From Vicugna vicugna (taxonomy: Eukaryota), in assembly GCA_013265495.1 (NCBI GenBank), contig MU058531.1, forward strand, positions 984,678 to 1,048,677: a stretch of 64,000 nucleotides of DNA, given 5' to 3'. The notes under the pieces were generated by a model. That model was given only the letters and a program-made list of their open reading frames with translations, was not told the DNA's origin and did not search any database. Position 1 is the stretch's first letter. Each line of letters begins with the position of its first letter. The position numbers were made by a program, and so were the translations under genes. Below, piece after piece: positions 26,956 through 39,350 of this stretch.

Positions 26956-27364
26956 TAGTGAGATAGGCACTTGTCAGATTATACAATTTTTTAAACCATA
27001 TTAAAGACTTAGGATCTTATCCCAAGAGCAGGGGAATTCCTTGACTCATTAAAGGGTTTGAAGAGAAGAACAGCATAATCCAGTAGTGCCCAAACCTGCC
27101 TGCACAGAGGACTAACCTAGGAAGCTTCCAAAATACAAGGCACGAGTCTCACCCCCAGATATCATGCATCAGTCGGGTTTGTGGAATGGTCTGGTATGGG
27201 CTTTGAAATTTTTTGAAGATTCCTAAGTGATTCTAATGTGCTGATAAGTTTAGGAACTATGGATAAAATCACATTTGCAATTTTTATTCTTCTCTTTTAA
27301 ATTAAAAAAAATTATTGAAGTATAGTTGATTTACAATCTTGTGTTACAGCATAGTGATTCAGTA

Positions 27365-27395
<31 letters not shown>

Positions 27396-29819
27396 TTCAG
27401 ATTCTTTTTCATTATAGGTTATTACAAGTTATTGAATATAGTTCCCTGTGATATGCAGTAGGAGCTTGTTGTTTATCTATTCTGTATATAGTACTTTCTA
27501 TCTGCTAATCCCAAACTCCCAATTTATCCCTCCCCCCTTTCCTCTTTGGTAAACATAAGTTTGTTTATTTGCATTTTTATACTATTTCTCTCACTTACGG
27601 GTTTTCTCCCTCTGGCGGGCTACACATTAGAATCACCTGGGGGATATTTCAAACACACTGATGCCCAGGCCCACCCAGGCCAATTAAATCAGGATCTCTA
27701 GAGATGTGCTCCACGCACTGGTATTTTTTTTAATAGCCCAGGTGATTCTAATGTACATCTAGCATTACACACTCTGCTTTACTGTGGGAAAAGGGTAGAC
27801 ACGGGGAGAGCCCTGGGGGGCTACTTCAAATGGTCCGAATGTAAGACGATAGAGGCTTGTGTTGGGTTGCTGGCTGGCGCTTGGGAGCGGGGAGAAGAAA
27901 AGTGAGGGGCCAATCAGCAGGACTGCGTGATTGGCTGGCAACAGTGGGGGGCTGGGTGGGAAGTTTCAGAGATGATACCTAAATGTCTAGCAAGCAAATG
28001 GGTGCAGACTGATGCTGTTGATTGGGATGGGAACCTTGGAAGAGGAACAAGTTTTGGGGGTGAGAACATTAGTTCTGTTCTGACATATTACAAAAGGGAG
28101 GATGCCTATAACACAGTTAGTCAGACTGAGGCTATAAAGGAGGCTGGGGTCAAATGATAAAAGGCCTTGAAAGCTATCCTAACAATGTCTTCCTCGGGTA
28201 GCAGGCAACAGCTACAATGATGCAGAGGAACATACACGGGCTTCTGAATCAGATGGTGTTCCCGCCACACACAATGCATGTGTTTCCTCAGCTTCCTCAT
28301 CTACAGAATGGGATTAAAAATGTTCATAATCTGTCTCATATACCTTTGGCCAGCAGACCTCAGTGACAGCAGAGGCCTCAATAAATACCCTTACAAAGGT
28401 GTTATAGAGGTTAAATGAGCTATTACGTGTAAAGTCGCTAGGAATTTATGTAGCACAAGAGGCCCTTCTTCCTAAAGGAGAAGGACTCAGGGACAACTCA
28501 CAAAAATGTTTTAGAAAGTGGATGTGGACATCAGAGGGGAGGATGAGTGAGTAGGATCAGAAACGGGCACAGAGGTTTAGCAGCTGTGACAGACAACAGG
28601 GTGGGATCTATTCATCCCTTAGTTAAGAAGTCAGGGTCTGGCAATCTAGTGGAGCCCACAATCCTCCAGGACCCTCCCAGCACACTCCTCCTCCTTCTCC
28701 AGAGTGGCCCTGGTTGCCTGTTTTGACCGGACAGAGCCAGAGCCAGAGCTAGAGCCACCAGATTTACAGTCCAGGGACAAGATGGAGAAAAAGACAAAAA
28801 AGAAGAGGATCCTTCCCACTCTCAGAGTATATATACCAGCTAAAAATCAATTTTAGATATGAGCAAGGATGACTGCCTTCAAAGAGAAAGGGGATCCAGC
28901 ACCCTGCACTGCTGATCACAGCAGAATGAAAGTCAAGAGCAGAACTCAGATCGACAAGAATGAGTCATAGTACCTGGCGAGGAAGCAAGGCTTCGGCCAG
29001 ACACTTGTCAGAACTAAAGATTACAGCTCTTGTAAACAAACCAGGTGAGTTCCTGTGACAGTGGATCAACCAAAGATGACCCCTGCCCTCACATGTGCAG
29101 CTAAAAACTCACGGATGCTGACAGCATTCAAACAATAACTGCATCTGCTCGTATTAATCATACATCGGATGTAAATCCGTATACACCTCACAAGATGTCA
29201 TCAAATAAATATTTTTATCCCTTTAATATAAAACAAAATACATGTGTAGAAAAGTGCCTAAAATATACATGGATATTTTAATAGTAATTTTTAAAGGGGA
29301 CCCTGACGTAACTATTGATACAGTCAAGAAACAAAATGTGACACCACCTGGGAGGCATGCCTCCCTGATCACAACCCCTTCCTTCCCACCTAGAAGTAAC
29401 CACTATCCTTGTTCTCATGATACGTATTTCCTTCTTCTCTGTAGTATTTCTATGTATGTATGTCTCTAAACAATGTTGTTTCTTTCAACTTTTATATGAA
29501 TGAAATCGCATTACATGTCTTCTTTTCTACTCTGCTGCTTTTGTTCAGCATTCTGTTTGGGGCCCCAAAGTATTTACAGGTGAAATGACATGATGTCTGA
29601 AATTTGAATTAAAATACTGTGAAGAAGAAAGAGTTGTGAAGAATATGTTGAATAAATTGGCCAAAAATCGATCACTGTTGAAGTGGGCAGTAGAGAGATT
29701 AGGCTCTTTATACTACATACTATACTCTTGGCTCTTAAATACGTTTCAAAAATTTAATCGTAAAAAGTTGTTTAAATTACTTTGCGAGATTCATTTTACA
29801 ACAGCAATTTTCATTTCAG

Positions 29820-30008
29820 CAACAGTTTTCTAAGTAAAGTCTCAGAACCAAGAGCATCAGAATCATCTGGGAATTTGTTTGAAATGCAAGTTATTGGGCT
29901 CCATCCCAGACTTACTGAATCAGAAACTCTTGGAATGGGGCCCAGTAATCTGTGTTTTAATAAGCCCTCTAGATACTTCTGATGCACGTTCAAGTTTGAT
30001 AATCACTA
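29820..30008. mobile_element. MER5A-like hAT-Charlie MITE (further copies ~27085-27260, 27600-27770, 56570-56725, 58265-58410)
   Basis: gcatcagaatcatctggg...cccagacttactgaatcagaaactct...ttttaataagccctctag...gatgcacgttcaagtttga. Confidence 0.8.
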
Positions 30009-30729
30009 CTGAGTAGTAGTCTCTTATATGAATATACCACAATTGATTTCTTCATTCTACTATTGATACACTTATGTATTACTTCAAGTTTGGGAATTCT
30101 AAATGTGTGGATATTATAAACACTCTTGTACAAGACTTCTGGTGACAAGAGTCTCTCTGGTAGTATACGAAGTGCTAAAATAACAGAGTCATATAGGGTG
30201 TCTGTATTGTCAACATTACACGATAATGCCAAACTATTTTCAAAGTGGTTCACCAATTCACAGTCCCACTAGTAATGAATGAAAGTTTCCTCTGCTCTAC
30301 ATCCTTGCCAATATTTGGTATTTTTCAGATATTTTAATTGTTGCCATTTTAGAGGGTTAAACACTTTTAAGTTTTCCAACTTGGGATCAAAAACCCTGTA
30401 TTAGGGAACAGAACTACCGACATGAAATCATAGTTTTGCAAATAGATTAATTGGTGGCTTTGCTTGGAATGTGCCTGAGGTAGGAAAGAATCTGGCATGA
30501 TGGAGAAAATGAAAAAGGTCAATATGACTATGCTCTGGAAAGCAAGATGAAATACAGTACAAATTGCTGTTGGAGAGTAAGGCAGGAACAAATCAGGGAC
30601 CTTGCAGATGTGCTAAAGACTGAATTGTATTCCTAGTGAAATGAAAAGCCAATGAAGGGTTTTAAGCAGGAAATTCACATGGTTATATTTTTATAATGTA
30701 TATATTTAAAATCTTTCAGAGACGCATTC

Positions 30730-33140
30730 ACTTGTACCTATGATGGGGTTATTGAATGCTTCAGACTAATAATGCTTTTGCTGAAAACAACTAGAAAAGC
30801 TGGGTAAAGCACAAATACATACACACACACACACACACACACCTGCTTGAAGGCACCACAGACTTTCTGAGACAACCAGGAGTTGAGGGGACAAAATCCT
30901 GGGGCAGAGAGACTCACAAACAGGCGAGCCAAAATTCTGCTGCCACGCTTCCCCTTGGGACATATGCTTAAACTAGTGAGTGGGAAGGGGCTTGCTATTA
31001 AGAGGCACAAATATCAAAAGAAAAATTGGTAGTCTCTTGAGGATAGAGAGACAAACATTAGAAACGGGAGATACCAAGATCCCAATAAGAAGGAAGGAGC
31101 CGAAACCTAAGCTCAACACTTGGCTGGGTAGGAAGCTCCCAAAATTTTTTCTGTGGGAGTTTTGAGAGTCTCCCACTGCTGAGGGGAGGAAAAAAATTGA
31201 GATCTGAATTAGCTAGCGAGAGAAGTCACTGAGAAAACCCTATGCTCTCAACTGAAATTCCAAGAAGGCTACACCCTAGAAAGAGGCATCGGCCAGCAGC
31301 AGACAGAGATTCATCAAAACTAAAACAAAGCCTAAAGTCAGCTAAGTCCTTAACTGGATTACAATAATCAGTCCCTCAATATGCCTGCCTAGCAGCTATT
31401 TTCTCTGGAAGAAAACAGCATCATTTACAATGTCTGCAATTTTTCATATAAAATGTTGCATATACAATCAAAGTTTATTAAGCACATCAAGACACAAACC
31501 CAAAATCCAGAGGGGGTAAGAAAAACAGATCACACACAATTACTCAGATATTAGAGTTAGTAGAAAAAGAGTCTAACTACAATTGGTATACTTAGAAATC
31601 ATAGTCTAACTACGATGAATATACTCAGAAATATACTCAGATATAACAAGTTGGAAAAGTCAGTGAAAAGGCAAAAATTTTCACCAAGAATTAGAATCAA
31701 TATACAGTATCAAATGCAAAAAAACAGAATTAAATGCAAAAGAATTAAATGGACTGTAAAATTAAGGGCTCAATAGATAGGCTGTAAAACATATTAGACA
31801 GAAAAGATGATTAATAAATTGGAAGGTAAGTGGAAATTCTTCAAAACTGAAGCACAGAGTAAAATGCAGAATGAAAAAGAAAGAAAAGAGTGTAAGACAC
31901 ATAGGTGATAAAGTAAAAAGATCTAAATTACGTAACTTGGAAGATGTAGAAGAAGAAAGGATGAGACAGTAAAAGTATTTAAAGAGATAATAGCAAACTG
32001 ATTAGAGATATTAATACACAAATATGAGCATTACTATGAACTTCAGCAGGGTTGACAGCAAATTAACAGCAGACAATAATCAATAATGCCAGACCAAGGA
32101 ACAGCATAGAAAAATGGATAAAAACTAAAGACAAAAAGAAAATCCTGAAAGCAGGCAGAGGAAAAAAGACATATTATCTTCAAAGAAGTAATAATAATGT
32201 TGGTTAATGACTGATTTTTCAACAAAAATGATGGAAGCCTGAAGACAATGGAATAACGTTTTAAAGTGCTGGAAAAACCTCAAATACAGTCCATATTTAG
32301 GAAAAATATCATTCAAATGATAGTAAAATCTAGGCATTTTCAGATAAGTACAAGCTGAGAGGATTTGTCACCAGCAAATCCTTACTTTAAAAAATGCTAA
32401 TGAAAGTCTAATTGAATCAAATTCTTGAACTTGATAAGAAAATGATTCCAAATGAAGGCATGGTAATGTAGGTAAAAGTAAAGACCAATGGAAAAGGTTA
32501 ACATGTGGATAAATAAGAATACTGATTGTCTAAAATAACAATAATACTGTTTAATAGGTTTTTAAAATATGCAGATTAAAATGCATGACAACAACAAGAC
32601 AAAAGATGTGAAGGGGTATAAAGAATTAAAATAAGATACCTTATTATCCAGTATTGTATTTACCTAAGACAAATGAAAATATGTCCACAAAATGACTTGT
32701 ACACAAATAAATATTTATAGAATCTCTTAGTAATATACAGAAACTGGAAGCAATTCAAATGTCCATCTAGAGGTGAATTGATAAACAAATTAAATGGAAT
32801 ACTCCTCAGAAAAAAAAAAGAATAAAGTACTGACAGGCTAAAAACTATGGATGAATCACACAGACATCATATTGAGCAAAAGAAGCCAGATTTAAGAATA
32901 CATAATATACCATTCTATTTTATGAGGTTCTGACCAAGAACTAATTCATGATGCTAACAGTCAGGTCACTGGTTATCTCTGGGAGTACTAGAAACTGGGA
33001 AAGAGCAAGAGGGGATCACTGGGAGGCAGATAATGTTCAATTTCTTGCTTGAGTTGCAGATTACATCTATGTGTTTACTTTGTGGAAATGCATCAAACTC
33101 TACATATAGCATTGTTCACTTTTCTATATCTATTTCCAGA
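30730..33140 (+). mobile_element. Ancient L1M-type remnants (5' region, ORF1 relic, 3' end pieces)
   Basis: A-rich sense strand with recognisable ORF1 relics (gacaaaaagaaaatcctgaaagcagg, gaagacaatggaataac) and an L1M-type 3' end near 32650-33140. No open frame. Boundaries approximate. Confidence 0.65.
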
Positions 33141-33218
33141 AAGAAGTTTAAGAAATGTACTTCAGACATACAGAAAATTATACAAAGAATAACAAGACTG
33201 TATCAACCACCAAGATTA

Positions 33219-34660
33219 AGCCCAAAAATAAACTCACAAACTTTTGGTCAATTAATCTTTGACAAACGAGGAAAGAACATACAATGGAATAAAGACAGTC
33301 TGTTCAGCAAATGGTGTTGGGAAAACTGGACAGCTGCATGTAAATCAGCGAAGTTAGAACACTCCCTCGTACCATACACAAAAATAAACTCAAATGGCTT
33401 AAAGACTTAAACATAAAACAGGACACTATAAACCTCTAAGAAGAAAACATAGACAAAACATTATCTAACATAAATTTTAGCAATGTGCTTCTAGGGCAGT
33501 CTACCCAGGCAATAGAAATAAAAGCAAAAATAAACAAATGGGACCTAATTAAACTTAAAAGCTTTTGCACAGCAGATGAAACCATAAGCAAAACAAAAAG
33601 ACAACCTATGGAATGACAGAAAATATTTGCAAATGATGTGACTGACAAGGGCTCAATTTCCAGAATATATAAATAGTTCATACAACTTAGTAAGAAAAAA
33701 ACAAACAACCCAATTCAAAAACGGGCAGAAGACCTAAACAAGCAATTCTCTCAATGAAGACATACAAATGGTCAATAGGCAGATGAAAAAAATGCTTAAT
33801 ATCACTAATTATCAGAGAAACACAAATCAAAACTACAATAAGGTATCACATCACACCAGTCAGAATGGCCATCATTCAGAAGTCCACAAACGATAAATGC
33901 TGGAGAGGGTGTGGAGAAAAGGGAACCATCCTACACTGTTGATAGGAATGTAGTTTGGTGCAGCCATTATGGAAAACAATATGGAGATTCCTCAAAAGAC
34001 CAAAAATAGACTTACCATATGATCCAGTAATCCCACTCCTGGGCATATACCCAGAGGGAACCTTAATTCAAAAAGATGCATGCACCCCAATGTTCACAGC
34101 AGCACTATTTACAATAGCCAAGAAATGGAAGCAACCTAAATGTCCATCAAAATAAAGAAATTGTGGTATATTTATACAATGGAATACAGCTCAGCCATAA
34201 AAGACAATAAAATAATGCCATTTGCAGAAACATGGATGGACCTGGAGACTGTCATTCTAAGTGAAGTAAGCCAGAAAGAGAAAGAAAAATACCATATAAT
34301 ATCACTTATATGTGGAATCTAATAAAAAAAAAGACAAAAGAACTTATTTACAAAACAGAAACAGACTCACAGACATAGAAAACAAATTTATGGCTACCAG
34401 GGGGTAGGGCAGTGGGAAGAGATAAATTGGGAGTTTGAGATTTGCAGATACTAACTAATATATATATAAAATAGATGAACAAGTTCATACCATACATCAC
34501 AGGGAACTATATTCAATATCTTATAGTAATTTATGGTGAAAGAGAATATGAAAATGACTATATGTTCATGTATGACTGAAACTTTATGCTGTATACCAGA
34601 AATTGACACATTGTAAACTGACTATACTTCAATAAAAACATATATATACAAAAAAAAGAA
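33219..34660 (+). mobile_element. 5'-truncated older LINE-1 (3' part of ORF2 plus 3'UTR), decayed
   Basis: Homologous to ~18325-19420 of the intact L1 ([10 protein letters not shown]...SLICGI) but with frameshifts and stops. AATAAA at 34631-34636 followed by an A-rich tail. Confidence 0.93.
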
Positions 34661-37600
34661 AGCATGACCAGTATCATTGATATACATGTTACTCCCTTAC
34701 ACATCTACCCACCCCACCAGAGACACCTACTCTCATGAATTTGGGGCTCACCATTCCTCTATACAATTTTATACTTCTACTCCTTGTCTAAGTTGATCTA
34801 TACAATACATAGAACTGTTTTGCATCCTTTTAAACTGTATATAAAAGGTAATTTGATTTCTGTTTTTAACAGATTATTCTAAAAGGGGCATATGGGAACT
34901 TTCTGGGATGAAAAAAATATTCTCTATCTTATTTGAAATGTTGGTTACATGGGTATAGACATTTGTCAAAACTCATCAAAATGTACATTTATATCTGTGC
35001 ATCTCACTATAGGTGAATGTTACTCACTTAAAACAACTTTTAAAAAACTAAACCATTCCAGCTTCTTCACAGGCAATGGATGAGGGGTGGAGAGAAGTGA
35101 AAGCAGGAAGGCCAGTTAAAATATTGACAGTAGACTTGGTGAGTGCCAAACTCATCTCTCTGAGGAGTAAGGAAATAAAGACAGGTTGTGGTCACAGTTC
35201 TTCCAGAAGATTAACTGTGAAGTGGGGCAGTAACTGGAGGGAAAAGCGAGGCCCAGGAAGGAGGGCTTAAAAATGGAAGATCAAGCTCCACGCTGTTGAG
35301 AGCGAACACCAAAGACAAAGACTAGATGAGTAATCAAGGAAAACACAAAAGTCCTCCAGCAGGGGAAAGGGGATGGGATGTGCAGGCAAGTGGTTTGGTC
35401 TTTGCTGGGACACAATGTCTTCCTGCAGGAAACAGAAAGGGCACAAATGCAGGAAAAATTGTTTCTTGGCTAGTGGAAAGACAAAGGAGTTTCCATCCAA
35501 TGGCTGCCACCTTTCCAGTGATCATGAGTCATTATCTATAAAGGGTGAGGATGGGAGTGTTGAAACCTGTGAAGACTGGCATGAAATTGCAGTGGAAAAT
35601 GGCTGGAAAAGCATCTCAGCATCATGCAGAGTGGTTAAGAAAAATCAAAGGTTCAATTTTGTACAGGTTGAATGCCCAACAGATATCCAAATTCTTGCAA
35701 TATAGCATGAGCTCAAAGGCAGGAATATTATTACTCATCTTTGCTTATGCTGTACAAAGCACAGCATAGCCTATATTAGGTACTCAGGAAGGAATGGATA
35801 GAGGAATCAATGAAGATTAAAACCATTTCATACTTTCTGAGCACATTTTTATATCGTTGGTCATATTATACAATGGAACTAAAGAAAAAATAGTCTTTTC
35901 AGAAATAATCCACCTTATCAACCAATCAATAGTAAATGCATTTTCCTTTTGCTCGTTTTTAGTTCAGTGTGTTCTTGGAAGAAGAGCAATTTGTGGCTTC
36001 CAATGTTATAAATTCTTTATCTAAATAAATGACATGTTCAACTTCTAAAATAATTGTTAAGCAGAATTTACCAACGGGGCAATTCCCATCAAAAACTAAG
36101 AGATAAGTCTCGACATCCCTATATGAACACGATTTGTGATAATCACATGCGACTGATGAAGAAATTAGAAGCTCCTGGCAAGAAGAATTAACCTCTTCTC
36201 TGTACTGGAGATGTTCCTGCTGCTGCTAAGCCAGAAGTGTATAATGAGTAAAAGCCTTTAGCTTGTGTACAGGAATCTCAAAATGGTCCCAGCCAAACCT
36301 AGTTGTCTTAGGAGACAAATTAGCACACTGCTGTTTACTTATCATTTATCAATTATGAAACAGAAAAAAGGATTATAAATGCATTACTTCCAGCATAAAC
36401 TGTTACTTGTTTTATCACACTAAGTTCCATTTAAAAGGGCTCCCTCCATTCATGCACAAAGCACCGTTTTGGTTGGATGAACAGTAGGACCTGTACGCTT
36501 ATAATTCATGTACATTTTACTTGATTAATTACTACATGTATCGAGTGCATTCTCCTAGTTCCTGTTGCCACAGCCAGACTGTAAATGCATATGGTTTTGT
36601 CATTATTAATAACAGTAATTCAGAACTTCAGCTGTCAAGTTTAGAGCTAATAGTATCATATATGTAGTGTGTGCTCTACTCTTAAAAATAATCCCTCGTT
36701 TGCTGTCAGAAGCTCCTAGCATAATATGTAAAATGGCAGGATCAATTTTTAAAAATAATCTAGATCTTTTAAGTAAATACAACTACAATGTATTCTTCCC
36801 CACCCCGCAAATATCCCCTTTCTTCAGTAACTTTAGACCCTGGCCAAGCAGTGAAACAGCAGAACATGTTAAATAACAAAACACACACAGATACACACAC
36901 ACAAATAGCAGTGTTTACAGGGAGGAATAGGAGGGGAAAAAGATCTCATTTTTGTGCTAGACCATCCTTTGAAACACTTGTCATTTTAAGTGTGGAGGCA
37001 TCAATTATTTCTCCTATGCTGGAAGTTCTACACATTTAAAGATGCCATAGGTCCACTAAGAAAATAAGCTACCATTTTTCTGTATCATTAAGCTCAACAG
37101 GATACCAGTCCTGTGCTGGCTTTAAAACACCAGCAGAATTCTGATTATGAATATTAAAGTTTAATATTTCAGTTTCAAGAGAAGCAGAGTTGTTTTGTGG
37201 CCAAAGAACATCAGGACCACTTTGAGTTGTCAACTGCACAATATTTCTAGGACCCAACACTAGCCCCAATGCAGTATCCTGTAATCCTAGAGTCTGAAGA
37301 AACCTTGTTGGGGCTGCTATTCTAATCTGACACCCAAGACAGGACTTTTTTTCCCCAGCATCTCTGACAGATGGTCAGCCTCTGTTTCAATTACTCCAGT
37401 GGGGGAGTTCTCAAGAGAAGATTCCTAAGGGATATGATGAAATGCTAGAGCCAACCATTCAGACAGGGAGTAAGGTGGACTCCAGTAAGCCTGTCGGATA
37501 CAGACAGCCTGGCAGAACGCTAAAACCGGGCTTCCAAAAGAACGTGATTCAGAATCAGCAATCAGAGAGGGGCAACGTTAAGACGTGTAGACCCTCAATT

Positions 37601-37959
37601 CATGGGCCACCCTAGGTCTTTACTTTGGCCTGGGAAGTAGCTCCTACAATCAGGGAAGCAAGGTGGCTTTTCTCCTGCTGATTTCTTAAAGTTAAGAATT
37701 GATTCTTTCAGGCTCACAGCAAGGGTCTGTCAAGCTCAAAGGAGATCAAATCCCTTCCTTCTGAAAACCAAGCCAAGGGACCCCCTGGTGGAACTGCTAA
37801 TGCTTTTAAAATACTCTTAACTTTGGTCTTAAAATTCTCACTACAGTAAACCAGAACATTTCGAGCTCTTCTTTTAAAGGTGTATATGGACTAGGCTGTA
37901 ACTGAAGTTGTTTGGTTGGTGTAGGGTTGATGCGTGGGGGGTTATGTTTTAAGTGCAGC

Positions 37960-39350
37960 CCTTCATCCCGCCGTGAAGTCTGGTTTATCCTCCCAGGAAA
38001 GAAAAGCGAGCGCGCGGGGCTAAGCTGCCAGCGCATCCCCAGCCGGACCCCGGGACGGGGCGGCCAGGCCCTTACCTGTCGATGCTGATCACGCACAGGG
38101 TCATGATCGAGGCTGTACAGCACATGACGTCCATGGCGATAAAGACGTTGCAGAAGAAGTGGCCAAAGATCCACTTGCCCCCGATAAGGTCGGTGACGCT
38201 GACGAAGGGCATGACCGCCACGGCCACCGAGAGGTCGGCCAGCGCCAGGGACACGATCAGGTAGTTGGAGGGCTGGCGGAGCTTCTTGACGAAGCACACC
38301 GAGATCACCACCAAGCAGTTGCCGGCGATCGTCAGCAGCGTGATCAGCGTCAGGATGGAGCCGATCACAACTTTCTCGGCTCTGCCGTAGTTGATCTGCT
38401 CCCCGCAGCCGGAGACATTGTCTGGGGGTGCGTCCCAGGTGGGCACGGGGTTGGCCGTCACCTCTGGGACCCCGTGCAGCAGGTGCGGCGCCCAGGAACC
38501 CGCGACCGGGCCGGCGCCGTCGGGGCTGAGGTCCGGCAGCCTGCGCCCCAGCTCTGGCAGGAGAAAGGTGCGGAGGTGCCCGTAGAGGTCTGGGCGGCCG
38601 CTGCTGTTAACGTCCATCATCGTGCCGCTGTGCGCCGCTGCCCATGGAGTCGGCGCCCGCGCCACGCGCTCCGGCTGCTGCCGGCCCGGGGGCTTCACCT
38701 CGCAGGTTCCGCTCCTCTCAGCCCAGCCATGGGGCCCGTGCCGGCCGCTGGGGGGCGCCCCGACTCGGCCTTGCGGCCCCACAAGTCCGGGTCCCCCAGC
38801 CGCAGCGGGCGACGCGGGAGCGCGGCCGCCCGGGGACTCCCTGCGGGAGGCTCCTCCAGCACCCGACGGACGCCCGAGACGCGCGGGCTCGCAGGCTGGC
38901 GGGCCGGGCTCGGCTGGCCGTCCCGCAGCCCGCAACCCGCAACCCACAGCCGCCGCGCGGCTCCGCCGAGAGCGCCCAGGAGGCAGCGGCAGAAGTTGCG
39001 GAGTGCGCCCCGCCCCTCGCGCCCGCCGCCGCCGCCGCTCCCGCCGCTCCCCTGCGGCAGCCGTGCCGCGTCCCCGCTGCCGCTGCCGCTGCCGCCGCCG
39101 GCTGCCGCCCGCGCCCCCCAGGCTCCCGGACAGGCTTTCCTGGCTGGGCAGGGGCCGCCGCTTCTCCCGCGCCTCCCCACTGGGCGGGGGGCGGCGCTCC
39201 ACGCGCCTCCCGGGATCCCGAGGCTCTTCGCTCCGGGATCCTTCCTTGCGGCAGGAGGTTTTTCAGACCTTTTCGGACAGACCCGAACCTTCTTACACTA
39301 GTACACGACAGTTCGGTAGGGAGGACTAGGGACCCAGCCGACGTTCGGAC
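37960..39350. promoter_or_regulatory. HTR7: CpG island covering HTR7 promoter, 5'UTR and exon 1
   Basis: Very high GC and CpG density, GC boxes (e.g. GGGCGGGGGGCGG near 39182-39194), GCC/GCT-rich repeats. Boundaries approximate. Confidence 0.9.
38076..38620 (-). CDS. HTR7: 5-hydroxytryptamine receptor 7, coding exon 1 (N-terminus to TM3; 181 codons + 2 nt)
   Basis: Translation MMDVNSSGRPDLYGHLR...GEQINYGRAEKVVIGSILTLITLLTIAGNCLVVISVCFVKKLRQPSNYLIVSLALADLSVAVAVMPFVSVTDLIGGKWIFGHFFCNVFIAMDVMCCTASIMTLCVISIDR matches 5-HT7. ATGATG starts at 38620. Donor AG|GTAAG at 38076/38075 splits the R of the DRY motif (phase 2). Downstream exons lie left of the window. Confidence 0.98.

Noticed and set aside
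38621..39202. 194-codon in-frame N-terminal extension of HTR7 suggested by the 376-aa ORF call
   Set aside because: It starts at GTG, not ATG, in an extremely GC-rich island where most frames on both strands are open. The product is low-complexity and the known protein starts at MMDVN.
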